Source of the DNA: a virus
Taxonomy: Duplodnaviria; Caudoviricetes
DNA length: 59,163 nt
Reading direction: 5' to 3' (one strand)
Virus record (IMG/VR): IMGVR_UViG_3300025030_000113
Span: 1 to 59,163 of that record
A program made the position numbers and the translations under genes. A model generated the notes under the pieces. The model did not search any database. It was given only the letters and a program-made list of their open reading frames with translations, and had not been told where the DNA came from. The first letter of the stretch is position 1. Each line of letters begins with the position of its first letter. Below are positions 18,961 through 29,578 of the stretch, piece after piece.

Positions 18961-19455
18961 ATGGATGCTCTTGCGACTCGCGGCCTTACTCAGCAGCTGG
19001 CAAACGCGACCGTTCTCGGCGTAGCCGGCACCACCCTCAACCTTTCGGTTGCCACCATCTACTCGATCCTTGGGAAGATATACAACAAGGCGATCTCCAA
19101 CACCGAAGCAACCCCGGCCCTGGATGCCTCCACCGGCGCAGCGTTCCTCCCGGTCCCTAAGAACAAAGGCAGCGTGTTCGTCATCTGCCTCAACGCGGCG
19201 GGAACTCTCGGCGTTGTCCAGGGCAAGATCCAGGACCTTGACGCCAGCGGGAACTTCATCATCCCCCCGGAGTTCCCTGCGAACATCCCGGATACCCTCT
19301 GCCCCATCGCCTACCTGGTGTTGAAAGCGGGAACCACCTACGTGGCCACCACTACCGGCTGGCAGATGGGCGCTCACAACACCACCGGCGTGACGGGGGT
19401 GACTTACACCTTTGTGGACATCAACACTCTGCCGGTCAAACCGCAGATCGCGTAA
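18961..19455 (+). CDS. probable capsid decoration/minor head protein
   Basis: RBS AAGGAG; shares V.QG/..FP..P...CPIAY layout with previous gene. Confidence 0.55.
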   Translation: MDALATRGLTQQLANATVLGVAGTTLNLSVATIYSILGKIYNKAISNTEATPALDASTGAAFLPVPKNKGSVFVICLNAAGTLGVVQGKIQDLDASGNFIIPPEFPANIPDTLCPIAYLVLKAGTTYVATTTGWQMGAHNTTGVTGVTYTFVDINTLPVKPQIA

Positions 19456-19513
19456 GCAACGGCGCCCGGGGTAACAGCCGGGCGCTTCACTTTCTACCTG
19501 GAGGGGGATCACG

Positions 19514-20194
19514 ATGACAATCGAGAACGAAGGTAAGGCAACGGGCGGCAGCAGGATGAAGGCATTACAAGAGGACGGCGGGGCACAGCAACCGGCAGCG
19601 GCCAAAGCGCCGGCAGCGCCGAGAGGCTCGGGCACGCGGAAGGCAGCCCCCGCGGCTCCCCCGGAAATCGATTACGACAAGCTTGCAAAAGCACTGGCCC
19701 CGATGCTTGCCTTGCAGATGCAGGCCCCTATCATAAGGAGCGGCGGAATCAGCAATGAGGGGATGGGCATACAGCAGATGCCCGACATCATGCTGGGCGA
19801 CGGCACCCTGGCAACCGGAGGCATAGCGCTGGCCGCTATCGACAAGCCCCTGAATAGCAATTACGTCTCCGAGCTCGCGTTCATGGAAGAGGATATGGTT
19901 ATCACGGTCCACGAAACCGAAGACCAGAACGCGGAGAACCCGATCATCGTCGGCAACAACGGCACGTTCAAGGTGTTCTTCCGCGGGGTCCCGACCGTGG
20001 CCAAGCGCAAGTTCGTCGACGGCCTGATCGTCAAGAGCACCCGCGTCACCACTCCCGAGATTCTGAACGCGGCGGGCGAGCGCACCAACATCATCAAGCA
20101 ACACAGCGCCCACAAGTACAGCTTCACGGTTGACCGCGACCCGAGCCCGAAGGGCAAGGAGTGGTTGATGCGTCGCATGATGGAAGCTGTTTAA
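19514..20194 (+). CDS. conserved phage head-region protein
   Basis: ELAFMEE.V.I.V, VG.NG, RG.P...KRKFV..L motifs. Confidence 0.65.
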   Translation: MTIENEGKATGGSRMKALQEDGGAQQPAAAKAPAAPRGSGTRKAAPAAPPEIDYDKLAKALAPMLALQMQAPIIRSGGISNEGMGIQQMPDIMLGDGTLATGGIALAAIDKPLNSNYVSELAFMEEDMVITVHETEDQNAENPIIVGNNGTFKVFFRGVPTVAKRKFVDGLIVKSTRVTTPEILNAAGERTNIIKQHSAHKYSFTVDRDPSPKGKEWLMRRMMEAV

Positions 20195-20219
20195 CCGGCG
20201 ATTCGGCTAAGGAGCGGCG

Positions 20220-20486
20220 ATGGCGACACCTTACGAGAGGATCGGAAACCCGGCAGGAAACGGGTACGTGCTAGCCAGCACGATCAAGGGTGTCCGATAC
20301 TGGGTGTCGCCTACCGACATGATCATAGAGGGTCTGCCGGCGCCTCCTGATGCTGAGAACGAGTATGTGCTTGCAACTAAAAATGGAGCGTTTTACTGGG
20401 TACCGTCTGTAGCTCCGGCTCCGGCTCCCGAAGTAACCTTTGGTGGAGAATCTGTGACTTTTGGTGGGGAGGTTGTCGAATGGTAA
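20220..20486 (+). CDS. short putative fibre adaptor
   Basis: Two YVLA...G..YWV repeats and C-terminal VTFGGE twice; overlaps start of fibre gene. Confidence 0.6.
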   Translation: MATPYERIGNPAGNGYVLASTIKGVRYWVSPTDMIIEGLPAPPDAENEYVLATKNGAFYWVPSVAPAPAPEVTFGGESVTFGGEVVEW

Positions 20487-23416
20487 AGCAATGGCTGGCG
20501 ATTCTTTGTGTGGCTCTGATGTTGCCCTGGCAGGCATTTGCTGTTGAACTCGATGTGGATGCGAACTCCGCAATAGATGTGAGCAAGGGCGGAACCAACG
20601 CGACTACGACATCCGGAGCAAGAACCGCGCTGGGGCTTGGCACAGCCGCGACGGCAAACACCGGGACCGGCGCGACCAACGTTATCCTCGGGAACGACGC
20701 TAGGTTGACTGACCCTCGCGCACCGCTCGTGCACAATCAGGGTGCTGAGACGATTACCTCTGGAACTTTGGATGGTGACAGGCTCCCCGCCCCTGGAGCG
20801 AAGAAGGGCGGCGTGACAAGCGCGGATATGGCAGCAAAGCGTGACGCCAGCGCTCAGGCCTCTACTGATGCCGCCCAAGACCTCGCCTTCGCCAATCACA
20901 CCTCCTCCCTCGGCCCCGCAGCCTATGCCGATTTTGGCACGGGTAGTGGGGATGCAATGGTAGGGAATGACGCAAGGGTAGTGGGGGCGCTCCAACCCGG
21001 CGCACCAGCAACCTCCATAGCCAACACCCCGGCAGGGTCGATAGCAGCTACGGACGTGGACGCTGCGCTGAGAGAGTTGGACACAGAGAAGGCTACGGCG
21101 GCGCAGGGGGCGAAGGCGGATAGCGCGTTGCAGGGCGACAGCCTTTTCAAGATGTGCAACAAGCCCCCGTATAATGCGGATAACACCGGGGCAACGTTCA
21201 CCACGGCTGCGCTGCAAAGCTGCATCAGCGCAGCTATGACATCTGGCGGGGTAGCATGGATCAGTGGCACATACAAGACAGACGCTAATATCTGGATAAA
21301 TACTGGCAGTGGGGTGATCGATGGCACGGGAACCATCGACGCCCGCGCTTCTTCGGGTGATGGGATACTTTTACTCGGGTCCAATACCGATACAGCGCCT
21401 AAAGGCACCGCCATAAAAAACATCACGGTAAGGGGCGCCGCAACTGGCAAGCACAACATAAATATTCACGGGGCACCGTACACATACCTTCCCGAAAATA
21501 TCACGGTAGAAAACGTAAAGACCCTGGACACGGTGGAAACTGGCATTTTCGCCAACGGGGTCAAAGGGTTCAAGGCACTATATAACTACAACGATGGGGG
21601 CCGACGAGCCATATCTGTAATGTCCCCGCTCACAAACCACGATCTATTGGACGATGTTCTATTGCTAGGTAATAAAACCAAGAATACGACATGGTTTGGA
21701 TATCAGACGTACTACGGCAAGAACGTCCAGCTGTTAGCAAATGAATGTGATGGGTCTCTTCTTTCTGGGGGCGACAACTCCTGTATCACAACTGATAGAA
21801 CTAACAATGTCACTGCAGCGCTCAACATACTTAAAAACTCTCCCGTTAGAGCTATGCTGATTCAGGGGGGTGACAACATATCAGTCACCGGCAACCCTAT
21901 TTCTAACTCACCGGAGGGGATAAAGGTTACAGGCAATGGCGAATACGTTGAAGATGCTGATGCCAAGGAAATTCACGGCCTCACTATAGCCAACAACCCC
22001 ATGACCAATGTCGGCAATGTTGTGATTGGCAATGGGGTCATTGGCGGAAATATCTCCGGGAACACTTGCATTTCCGACGATCCCCTAAAGTGTGGCATGT
22101 CCTTTGAAGCATTTACAAGGGGAGACTCTTATGTCATGCCACTGACATCCATGGACGTAACAGGCAACAAGATTTCCGGGGTAATCAAGAACGCCTCAGC
22201 ATATACCATAACCGCATCAAACAACGGCTCCGCAACATACAACAACACCGGGAGTGGGGACATCGTTGTTGACGGAGGCGGTGGCGGGTCGGTCACCAGT
22301 GTTACATCTGCCAATGCTGACATCGCCGTCGCAACTACCACCACAACTCCGGCACTGACACTTAACAGCGGAACCGGAGCAAACCAGATAGTTAAACTGA
22401 CCAGCGACGGCAAACTTCCGGCAGTAGATGGTTCGCTGCTTACCGGCATAACCGCAGGGGCTACACCGGCAGGTGCAGTAACAGGAGCAATTCAAGGTCG
22501 AAATGCTACGGGTAATGGGTTCGTCGCTGATGATACGGTCGTTGTCGATTCGACCAACCACCGCTTAGGCGTAGGAACGGCCACCCCTTCTACCACGCTG
22601 CATATTTTCGGCAAAATGACTATCTTCCAAAATAACAGCTCGGCCACGGAACAGGGCGTTTTGCTGTCTGGCACAGGGACCACCTTCGCCTCACCGTCAA
22701 CCGCAGACGGTGCTTTGATCCAATTGGGGTACAACGGCACCAATAACAAACAACTACTGTTTAAAGACAGCGCTAATATTGACTCCGCAATCTATGGGGA
22801 CATCAGATGTGGATTGGGTAACAAAATACCGACCATAGATGCAAGATCATCCGATAGCACAACGGCTTTTCCGATAGGTCTGGGGGGCACTGCATCGAAA
22901 GTTGCCATAGGCTTTGCAACGTCTGCGGACCACTCCACTGTTCAGGCACGATTACATGTGAAAAATACAACAGCCGCCGAACCTGCAGAAATACTGCAAG
23001 GTGCTGCATCTCAAACAGCCAATCTAACCGAATGGCGCAACAGCAGCGCAACAGTTCTATCTTCTGTTAACCCTGCCGGTGAGTTTTTGGAATCAGTCCA
23101 AGCCACAGTAACCGACGCCAACCTAACCGCCACGGCAGCATACTCAAAGTTGACAGTAACCAGCACCACGCAGAGAACTGTCACCCTCCCTGCCGTTGCC
23201 AACATCGGCATGACCACCAAACTCGTTGAGGTCTGCGGTACCGCCGTTGTGCCTAACGTAGCATGGGCGGCGGGTGCTGGCTCGGTGACGTGGGGAGATA
23301 CGGGAGCGCCTACGTTCACTAGCGGGAAATGCCAGTACATCACAGCGATCACGACCAACACGGCTGCGACATCTACGGCGGCTTGGCGGCTTATGACGGA
23401 TGGGAGGACGTGGTAA
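20480..23416 (+). CDS. tail fibre/tailspike-like protein with beta-helix domain and N-terminal signal peptide
   Basis: KGGTNATT.SGARTALGLG, GND.RL.D.R.P..H and RLGVGTATP fibre motifs; Asn/Gly-rich parallel beta-helix; MVKQWLAILCVALMLPWQAFA leader. Confidence 0.8.
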   Translation: MVKQWLAILCVALMLPWQAFAVELDVDANSAIDVSKGGTNATTTSGARTALGLGTAATANTGTGATNVILGNDARLTDPRAPLVHNQGAETITSGTLDGDRLPAPGAKKGGVTSADMAAKRDASAQASTDAAQDLAFANHTSSLGPAAYADFGTGSGDAMVGNDARVVGALQPGAPATSIANTPAGSIAATDVDAALRELDTEKATAAQGAKADSALQGDSLFKMCNKPPYNADNTGATFTTAALQSCISAAMTSGGVAWISGTYKTDANIWINTGSGVIDGTGTIDARASSGDGILLLGSNTDTAPKGTAIKNITVRGAATGKHNINIHGAPYTYLPENITVENVKTLDTVETGIFANGVKGFKALYNYNDGGRRAISVMSPLTNHDLLDDVLLLGNKTKNTTWFGYQTYYGKNVQLLANECDGSLLSGGDNSCITTDRTNNVTAALNILKNSPVRAMLIQGGDNISVTGNPISNSPEGIKVTGNGEYVEDADAKEIHGLTIANNPMTNVGNVVIGNGVIGGNISGNTCISDDPLKCGMSFEAFTRGDSYVMPLTSMDVTGNKISGVIKNASAYTITASNNGSATYNNTGSGDIVVDGGGGGSVTSVTSANADIAVATTTTTPALTLNSGTGANQIVKLTSDGKLPAVDGSLLTGITAGATPAGAVTGAIQGRNATGNGFVADDTVVVDSTNHRLGVGTATPSTTLHIFGKMTIFQNNSSATEQGVLLSGTGTTFASPSTADGALIQLGYNGTNNKQLLFKDSANIDSAIYGDIRCGLGNKIPTIDARSSDSTTAFPIGLGGTASKVAIGFATSADHSTVQARLHVKNTTAAEPAEILQGAASQTANLTEWRNSSATVLSSVNPAGEFLESVQATVTDANLTATAAYSKLTVTSTTQRTVTLPAVANIGMTTKLVEVCGTAVVPNVAWAAGAGSVTWGDTGAPTFTSGKCQYITAITTNTAATSTAAWRLMTDGRTW

Positions 23417-24039
23417 TGAGAGCTTGGATTTTCCTACTGGTTTTACTGACAGCGGCTCCTGCGTTTGCGGGTCCTGGGGTGCGGAGTGTTATGAGGGCTG
23501 GCAATAGGTGCCTCCCATCCGTGCTGAACGAAGCGACCATTACCACTACAGGCGGCTACAACATCCTCTCTACCTATTACGTCGACGCGTGTCTTCAGAA
23601 TCCCGGTGCCTCTGTAGAATTGAAAGCTGGTGGCGGCGGTGGGGCTTACGGAACCAATGGGGCTGGTATAGCAGGGGATAAGGTCGTTGCCATCGTAGGA
23701 GTTGACAATTATGAGATTTACGTAGGCCAGGGTGGGGATGGTGGATCTTCCGTCGGCGCTACTGTGTATGGCGGCTCAGGGTACGTTAGCGGGGCCAACG
23801 CAACCGACATGGGGGCGGGTGCAGGTAGCTCCGCGATCCTTGACTACGAAGAGACCACCGTGTTCGCTCAGGCCAAAGGTGGTAATGGCGCGGGAGGAGC
23901 AGTGGGGGGCGGGACGAGCACAGGCGGAACGGTGACAGCGCAAGGTGGAGCGGCTGGAGGCGCAGTATCGACCCCAGGCGCTGATGGTAACCCAGGCAGC
24001 AACGGAAGCGTGGTGATTAGGTATTACACGGCGCCGTAA
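23416..24039 (+). CDS. glycine-rich tail-tip-like protein with signal peptide
   Basis: MRAWIFLLVLLTAAPAFA leader; AGGGGG, Y.IYVGQGG.GG and G.NGSVVIRY. Confidence 0.75.
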   Translation: MRAWIFLLVLLTAAPAFAGPGVRSVMRAGNRCLPSVLNEATITTTGGYNILSTYYVDACLQNPGASVELKAGGGGGAYGTNGAGIAGDKVVAIVGVDNYEIYVGQGGDGGSSVGATVYGGSGYVSGANATDMGAGAGSSAILDYEETTVFAQAKGGNGAGGAVGGGTSTGGTVTAQGGAAGGAVSTPGADGNPGSNGSVVIRYYTAP

Positions 24040-24074
24040 GGATGACAGATGCGGAAGATGAACAGGAGCCACAC

Positions 24075-24764
24075 ATGACTTTTCTTGAACTCGTAAAACG
24101 CGCCCGGCAAGAATGCGGGATCGCCGGAGACGGCCCGATCACGACGGCGAACCAGTCCCGGGAAATGAAACGCCTGGTGGACTGGACCGCGCAGGCATGG
24201 GTAGATATTCAAAACGAGCGGTCAGACTGGGATTTTCTCTACAGGGATTTTTCCTTCCGTACCGTTGCCGGCCAGCAGGTATATGAGGCCGGCAACGGGC
24301 TTGACATCAACGTCTCCGACATGAAGAAGTGGCGCAACGATTCGTTCAGCATCTACCTGGAGACTGCCGGCCCGGGCTCGGAAATGCACCTGACGCACAT
24401 CCTCCCGTACTCAGCGTTCAAGGACTATTACATGTTCGGGGCGCAGCGGCTCACCAGGGGTATGCCGCACTGTATCTCCGTCGCGCCGGACCGGAAACTT
24501 GCGCTCGGGCCAAACCCCGAGAACGTGTACGTGGTGGAGGGGGAATACTACCGGCGTGCTCAAGTCCTGGCAGCAGACGGCGATGTCCCAATCTGCGACG
24601 AGGACTATCACATGCTGATCGTCTACGGCGCCATGAAGAAATACGGTTACTTCGAAGTGGCAAACGAACAAGTAGCCGCGGCAAAGGCCGAGCGTGACGC
24701 CCTTTACAACCGGTTCATCAATGAGTATACGCCGATGATCGAAATGGGGGGCAGCCTGATATGA
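24075..24764 (+). CDS. head-tail adaptor / tail tubular protein A-like
   Basis: MTFLELVKR.RQE.G, AW.DIQ....W.F, L.LGP.P...Y, YH.LIVY; RBS AGGAG. Confidence 0.75.
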   Translation: MTFLELVKRARQECGIAGDGPITTANQSREMKRLVDWTAQAWVDIQNERSDWDFLYRDFSFRTVAGQQVYEAGNGLDINVSDMKKWRNDSFSIYLETAGPGSEMHLTHILPYSAFKDYYMFGAQRLTRGMPHCISVAPDRKLALGPNPENVYVVEGEYYRRAQVLAADGDVPICDEDYHMLIVYGAMKKYGYFEVANEQVAAAKAERDALYNRFINEYTPMIEMGGSLI

Positions 24765-26824
24765 GTGCACAGGTCAGCTTTGCGGCTCCGTCAATCGACC
24801 CAATCGTATTGAAGGGCGGGCTTGACCAGTCCACCCCCTCGTTGACACTTAGCAGCGGAGCGGCCCGGCAGGCGCTTAACTTCGAAGCAGGCGTTTCAGG
24901 CGGGTACACCAGAATCAAGGGCTACGAGAGATTCGACGGGCACACGTCGCCTGCCGATGCAGCTGAGTCGGGAGCGCACCGGTACATATCGGTTGCTGCT
25001 TACGAGTCCGTGCCGGTCGTCGGTGACGTCCTGGTGGCCAGCGGGGGTGCGACGGGTGTTCTTGCTTATATCGACGGCGGCACGATGGTGCTCACGAAGG
25101 TAACCGGCACGCTGGCTGTTGCGGAAACGCTGACGGTCCTCGGGGTCCCGGTCGGCACGATCAACAACGTGTACGTGAGCCCGACCGGCGCGGAGCAGGA
25201 CGCGATGGTCCGACATGCCGTGGCGAACATTTACCGGGTCGACATTGCGGCAGTCCCTGGCAGCGGGCCAATACGCGGCGTCGTGGAGTTCAGCGATGTG
25301 GTGTACGCCTTCAGGAACAACGCGGGCGCGACGGCAATCGGGATTTACAAAAGCTCGGCAGCGGGCTGGGTCCTGGTCCCGTTTTACAAGACGGTCAGTT
25401 TCACATCGGGCGGGGCCGCTGCACCGGCAGAAGGTGCAACGCTTACGCAGGGTGGCGTGACTGCCGTCATCAAGCGAGTGGTTCGGACCTCAGGCAGCTG
25501 GCAGGCCGGGACCGCTGCGGGGCAACTCGTCATAGCGGATCCTGCCGGGGGCAACTTTGCGGCTGCGGCTGCCACCATCGGAGCTATCGGTGTGACGCTT
25601 AATGGCATACAGACCGCGATCACCCTGGCGCCTGGCGGGCGCTTTGAGTTCCGTGAACACAACTTTGCAGGGCAAGTTGCAACCAACAGGATCTACGGCT
25701 GCGACGGCGTGAACAAGGCCTTTGAGTTTGACGGCGACGTGCTGGTGCCTATTACGACTGGGGCCGCCAACGATAAGCCAACCCATGTCACGGCCCATAA
25801 AGGATATCTGTTTCTCTCCATCGCCTCGTCCGCGCTGCACTCGGCGCCGGGGCTCCCCTACGACTGGACCGGCATTGGAGGCGCAGGAGAGATAGCGATG
25901 GGGGATACCGTCACAGGTATTATCTCTATGCCGGGAGGAACCACTGGCGGGACGCTTGGCATGGCCAGCAAGAACAACTCTCATATTCTGTACGGCTCCG
26001 ACCCTACAGACTGGAACCTGGTGGCGTACAACACCGGCGCCGGCGCGGTCCCTTACTCGATGCAGAACATGGCGCAGACGTTCATGTTCGATGACCGGGG
26101 CGTCACATCGTTTCAGGCATCCCAACAGTACGGCAACTTCTCGCAGTCCACCCTGACTAACACCATCCTGCCGTTTATCAACGAGCACATCAACAAGCTG
26201 GTAGCGTCGACGCTTTGCCGGCGCAAGAGCCAGTACCGGCTTCTTTTCAACGACAAGTCTGGGCTCTACATCACCATTGTTAACGGGAAGCTTCTGGGCT
26301 GCATGCCGGTCCTCTTTGCGCACACACCGACGTGCTCCTGCGAGGGTAAGAAGACAGACGGGACCGACGTGATGTATTTTGGCGGTGACAACGGCATGGT
26401 GTACCAGATGGAGAAGGGTACATCCTTCGATGGAGAGTCAATTGAGTTCTATCTGGCAACGAACTACTCCAACGCTAAGAGCCCGCGAACACTCAAGAGA
26501 TACCGCAAAGCCGCCCTTGAACTGACAGCTGACAGCGGCAGCTACGCAGCCTTTGACTTTGCTACAGTTCTAGGCTATGATTCCGCCGAATACAGCCAGC
26601 CAAAGAGTACATTCTACGGCCAGTACACCGGGCAAACGCGGTGGGACTCATTCACTTGGGACAACTTCTTTTGGGATGCCAACAGGGTTGAACCACTGGA
26701 ATGCGAACTGGAAGGGACAGCTGAGAACATTGCCGTGTTAATTTCCGGGTCTTCAACCTTCGTTCCTTCCTTCACCATCAACAGTGTCCTGGTGCATTAC
26801 AGCCCGCGCAGGATGATGAGGTAG
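24761..26824 (+). CDS. tail tubular protein B / nozzle-like protein
   Basis: GGLD..TP, GGY.RI.GYERFDG; beta-propeller-like; position after adaptor. Confidence 0.75.
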   Translation: MSAQVSFAAPSIDPIVLKGGLDQSTPSLTLSSGAARQALNFEAGVSGGYTRIKGYERFDGHTSPADAAESGAHRYISVAAYESVPVVGDVLVASGGATGVLAYIDGGTMVLTKVTGTLAVAETLTVLGVPVGTINNVYVSPTGAEQDAMVRHAVANIYRVDIAAVPGSGPIRGVVEFSDVVYAFRNNAGATAIGIYKSSAAGWVLVPFYKTVSFTSGGAAAPAEGATLTQGGVTAVIKRVVRTSGSWQAGTAAGQLVIADPAGGNFAAAAATIGAIGVTLNGIQTAITLAPGGRFEFREHNFAGQVATNRIYGCDGVNKAFEFDGDVLVPITTGAANDKPTHVTAHKGYLFLSIASSALHSAPGLPYDWTGIGGAGEIAMGDTVTGIISMPGGTTGGTLGMASKNNSHILYGSDPTDWNLVAYNTGAGAVPYSMQNMAQTFMFDDRGVTSFQASQQYGNFSQSTLTNTILPFINEHINKLVASTLCRRKSQYRLLFNDKSGLYITIVNGKLLGCMPVLFAHTPTCSCEGKKTDGTDVMYFGGDNGMVYQMEKGTSFDGESIEFYLATNYSNAKSPRTLKRYRKAALELTADSGSYAAFDFATVLGYDSAEYSQPKSTFYGQYTGQTRWDSFTWDNFFWDANRVEPLECELEGTAENIAVLISGSSTFVPSFTINSVLVHYSPRRMMR

Positions 26825-26827
26825 CCC

Positions 26828-27883
26828 ATGGCCGCAACAGGATTACTCGGAGCCGCAGCGCTCCCCTCGATGACTCAAGTTCCCGGCGTACCCAACGCGA
26901 CACTGACTGGCGGGACCCCCGCGGCACCCAACGCCACGCCTGCCAACGTCGCATCAGTAACAGCTCCCGCACCGGCAGCCGCCCGAACCATCACCCAGGA
27001 CGAAACCGTTTCCGGTCAACTGAACTCCCTCTTGAACGCCGACAACACGTATCTGCAAAGCGCCCGCAACCGCGGCATGGAGCAGGCGAACCAGCGCGGC
27101 CTGATCAATTCTTCTCTGGCAGCCGGGACCGCCGAACGGGCCGCTATCGATGCGGCGATGCCGATAGCGGCCCAAGACGCGAACACGAACGCGACGGCCG
27201 GCCAGTCGGCCCAGAACGCGAACCAGGATCTTAGCTTGACCGGTTACAAGTCGATCCTCGACGCCGCGCAGCAGTCGGAGAATTTCGGCTACCGCACCGC
27301 CGAGAACGACCAGAACATCGCCGCCAACATCAAACTGCAGGACGATCGCCTGAAGTCGACGGCAGATCTCCAGACGCAGGCAGAGGCGTCGCAGCTGACC
27401 CGGCAGACCCAGACCGAGACATCTGCGCTCCAGCAGCAGACGCAGCAGCAGCAGGCCACCTTGGCACTCCAGACCACGTTGAAACAGATGGATATCGACT
27501 TCGATGTCACGAAGATGGACGCATCAGCCCGCGACACGTTCACCGGCGCTGTCTCCCCGATCATCCAGCAGGTCGAAGCGGAGATTGCACAGATCCAGCG
27601 GCTACCCAACGAGCAGATGGACGCCAGGGCGAAGGAAGGCGCGATACGGGATCTGCGGGCGGGCATGGTTGCCGATATCCAGACCGTCGCCACGCTTTAC
27701 AACTACTCGCTGGATTGGCCGGTTGCCTCCAGCAGAGACACTACCAGGGCGGAACCGAGAACGGGAAGCACGGCGGTCGCACAACCGAACCCCGTAATTA
27801 ACAACCCCCGGGTCGACCAGGGGACAGGGGTAACGCCCGCGACTAGCGTGGTAGGCGACAGGAACGGGAGAGGCGGGAATTAA
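26828..27883 (+). CDS. internal virion (ejection) protein
   Basis: ETV.GQL..LL, NQRGLINSSLAA, AAMPIAAQDA; Gln/Ala-rich. Confidence 0.65.
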   Translation: MAATGLLGAAALPSMTQVPGVPNATLTGGTPAAPNATPANVASVTAPAPAAARTITQDETVSGQLNSLLNADNTYLQSARNRGMEQANQRGLINSSLAAGTAERAAIDAAMPIAAQDANTNATAGQSAQNANQDLSLTGYKSILDAAQQSENFGYRTAENDQNIAANIKLQDDRLKSTADLQTQAEASQLTRQTQTETSALQQQTQQQQATLALQTTLKQMDIDFDVTKMDASARDTFTGAVSPIIQQVEAEIAQIQRLPNEQMDARAKEGAIRDLRAGMVADIQTVATLYNYSLDWPVASSRDTTRAEPRTGSTAVAQPNPVINNPRVDQGTGVTPATSVVGDRNGRGGN

Positions 27884-28347
27884 TGCAAAACCTCCCGGCG
27901 CGAGCGATGGGGTTCAGAACCTCGGTGATGGCGCTCCAGCACCAGCACGAACAGCTGCCGCAGGTCGATTGCCAGCTGAAGCATTACTTTGCCAACGGGG
28001 CATACGTGCGCGAGGTTACCATCCCGGCCGGCACCATCGTCATCGGCAAGATCCACAAGCACGAAACCATCAACATCTTGCTCAAGGGCGAAATCACTGT
28101 TGTGACGGAAGAGGGGAGTCAGCGCCTGGTGGCGCCTTGCACGTTCATCGCCCCCCCAGGCAACAAGAAGGCGGCCTACACCCACAGCGAAGTGATCTGG
28201 CAGAACGTGATAGCCACGACGAGTACGGACCCTGACGAGATCGAGCGGGACGCGACGTGCGAGAGTTATGAGGATGGCGGGTTCCTGGAGCACGTCAACG
28301 CGAAACTGGCAGGGATAGAGTTGAAACTGGAGGCATTATGTCGATGA
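27883..28347 (+). CDS. cupin-like phage protein
   Basis: HYFANG.YVRE..IPAGT..IGKIHKHE. Confidence 0.75.
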   Translation: MQNLPARAMGFRTSVMALQHQHEQLPQVDCQLKHYFANGAYVREVTIPAGTIVIGKIHKHETINILLKGEITVVTEEGSQRLVAPCTFIAPPGNKKAAYTHSEVIWQNVIATTSTDPDEIERDATCESYEDGGFLEHVNAKLAGIELKLEALCR

Positions 28348-29081
28348 TAGCGACGGCAGTAGCGGTAGGAACCGCAGTCACCGCAGGCGTAGCAACCGGC
28401 GTAGCGGCCGCGGTAGTCGGCGGCATGGTGATCGGCGCGGTGGCCGGCGCGGTCGTTGGCGGCGTCCGAGCGGCTCTTACTGGCGGGAACATTCTCAAGG
28501 GGATCGTCAACGGGGGCCTGATCGGCGCCGCTATTGGCGGGACGCTTGGGTACGCGTTTGCACCGGCAGCTGCAGGAGCAGGGGCGGGAGCGGCAGGGGC
28601 GGGGGCGGCAGGAGCGAGTACCGCCGCGGGGGCAGAAGGTGCGGCCCTCGCATCCACGACCGTTGCCGGCGAAGTCACCCTTGGCGCGACAGGCATGTCG
28701 GCAGCGCCTGCAGCGTTCGCACCGGCTGCGGCTGCACCGGCTGCGGTAGCCGCACCGGCTGCGACCAGCGCAACAACCGGTATGATGCAGGCTGCCGGCG
28801 TTGCAGCGGTCGGGGGTGTGGCAAAGCAGGTAATGACCGGCGATGCAGCAAAAGAGGCCGCCGAGGCCGCCGAGGCTGCAAGGCTAAAGGCCGTCAAGAC
28901 TGACCCGGCAAGGACCAAAGCCACCGCAGGCAAATTCACGAAGGTCGCGGCCGCCCCCCAGCAGGTTAGCCAGGCCAGCACGCTGCAACCGGTCGTGCCG
29001 TCTCCCATGGCATACCGCAACCTGGAGCCGGCAACATCGGCGCCGATCACCCAGCAGCCCGCGCAAGGAGTGGCCGCATGA
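28338..29081 (+). CDS. internal virion protein with hydrophobic Gly/Ala helices
   Basis: GAVAGAVVGG...TGGNILKG...G.LIGAAIGG. Confidence 0.65.
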   Translation: MSMIATAVAVGTAVTAGVATGVAAAVVGGMVIGAVAGAVVGGVRAALTGGNILKGIVNGGLIGAAIGGTLGYAFAPAAAGAGAGAAGAGAAGASTAAGAEGAALASTTVAGEVTLGATGMSAAPAAFAPAAAAPAAVAAPAATSATTGMMQAAGVAAVGGVAKQVMTGDAAKEAAEAAEAARLKAVKTDPARTKATAGKFTKVAAAPQQVSQASTLQPVVPSPMAYRNLEPATSAPITQQPAQGVAA

Positions 29082-29578
29082 TCCAGCCCAGTCAAGCAGC
29101 AGTGAAAGAAGATTTTGACAAGTACGTCGCCAGGGCAACAACGCTGATTCATTCCCCGGAAACTACCGGCGCGGTCCAGCGCATGCTGGCAGGTGGGAAA
29201 GACCCAGTGAGCAAGGTTGCAGCGGCCACCGTGATGATCATGCAGCGGCTCGACGCGGCGGCCCGGACCAGCAAGATCGAGGTTCAGGACACCGTGAAGG
29301 TTTTCGGTGCTGCCGAAATCGTCAACCTGGTTTCCGAACTGGGGGAGGCTACGGGGGTATTCAAGAAGCTCGGCACGGAGCTCCACGAACTCGCGCTGTC
29401 CGTCGCGGTTCAGGACTATGTGAAGGGCGAAGTGAAGGCCGGCCGGATCGACCCGAAGAAGCTCCAGATGCAGATGAACACCGACATGCAGAAGGCACCG
29501 CCCGAACTCCGCAAGGAGATCGAGGACGCGCAGATCAGGATTCAGCAGACGGCCAAGAAGTATAACGGAGGTCGGTAA
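29078..29578 (+). CDS. hypothetical virion-associated protein
   Basis: ATGA-coupled in late operon. Confidence 0.6.
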   Translation: MIQPSQAAVKEDFDKYVARATTLIHSPETTGAVQRMLAGGKDPVSKVAAATVMIMQRLDAAARTSKIEVQDTVKVFGAAEIVNLVSELGEATGVFKKLGTELHELALSVAVQDYVKGEVKAGRIDPKKLQMQMNTDMQKAPPELRKEIEDAQIRIQQTAKKYNGGR

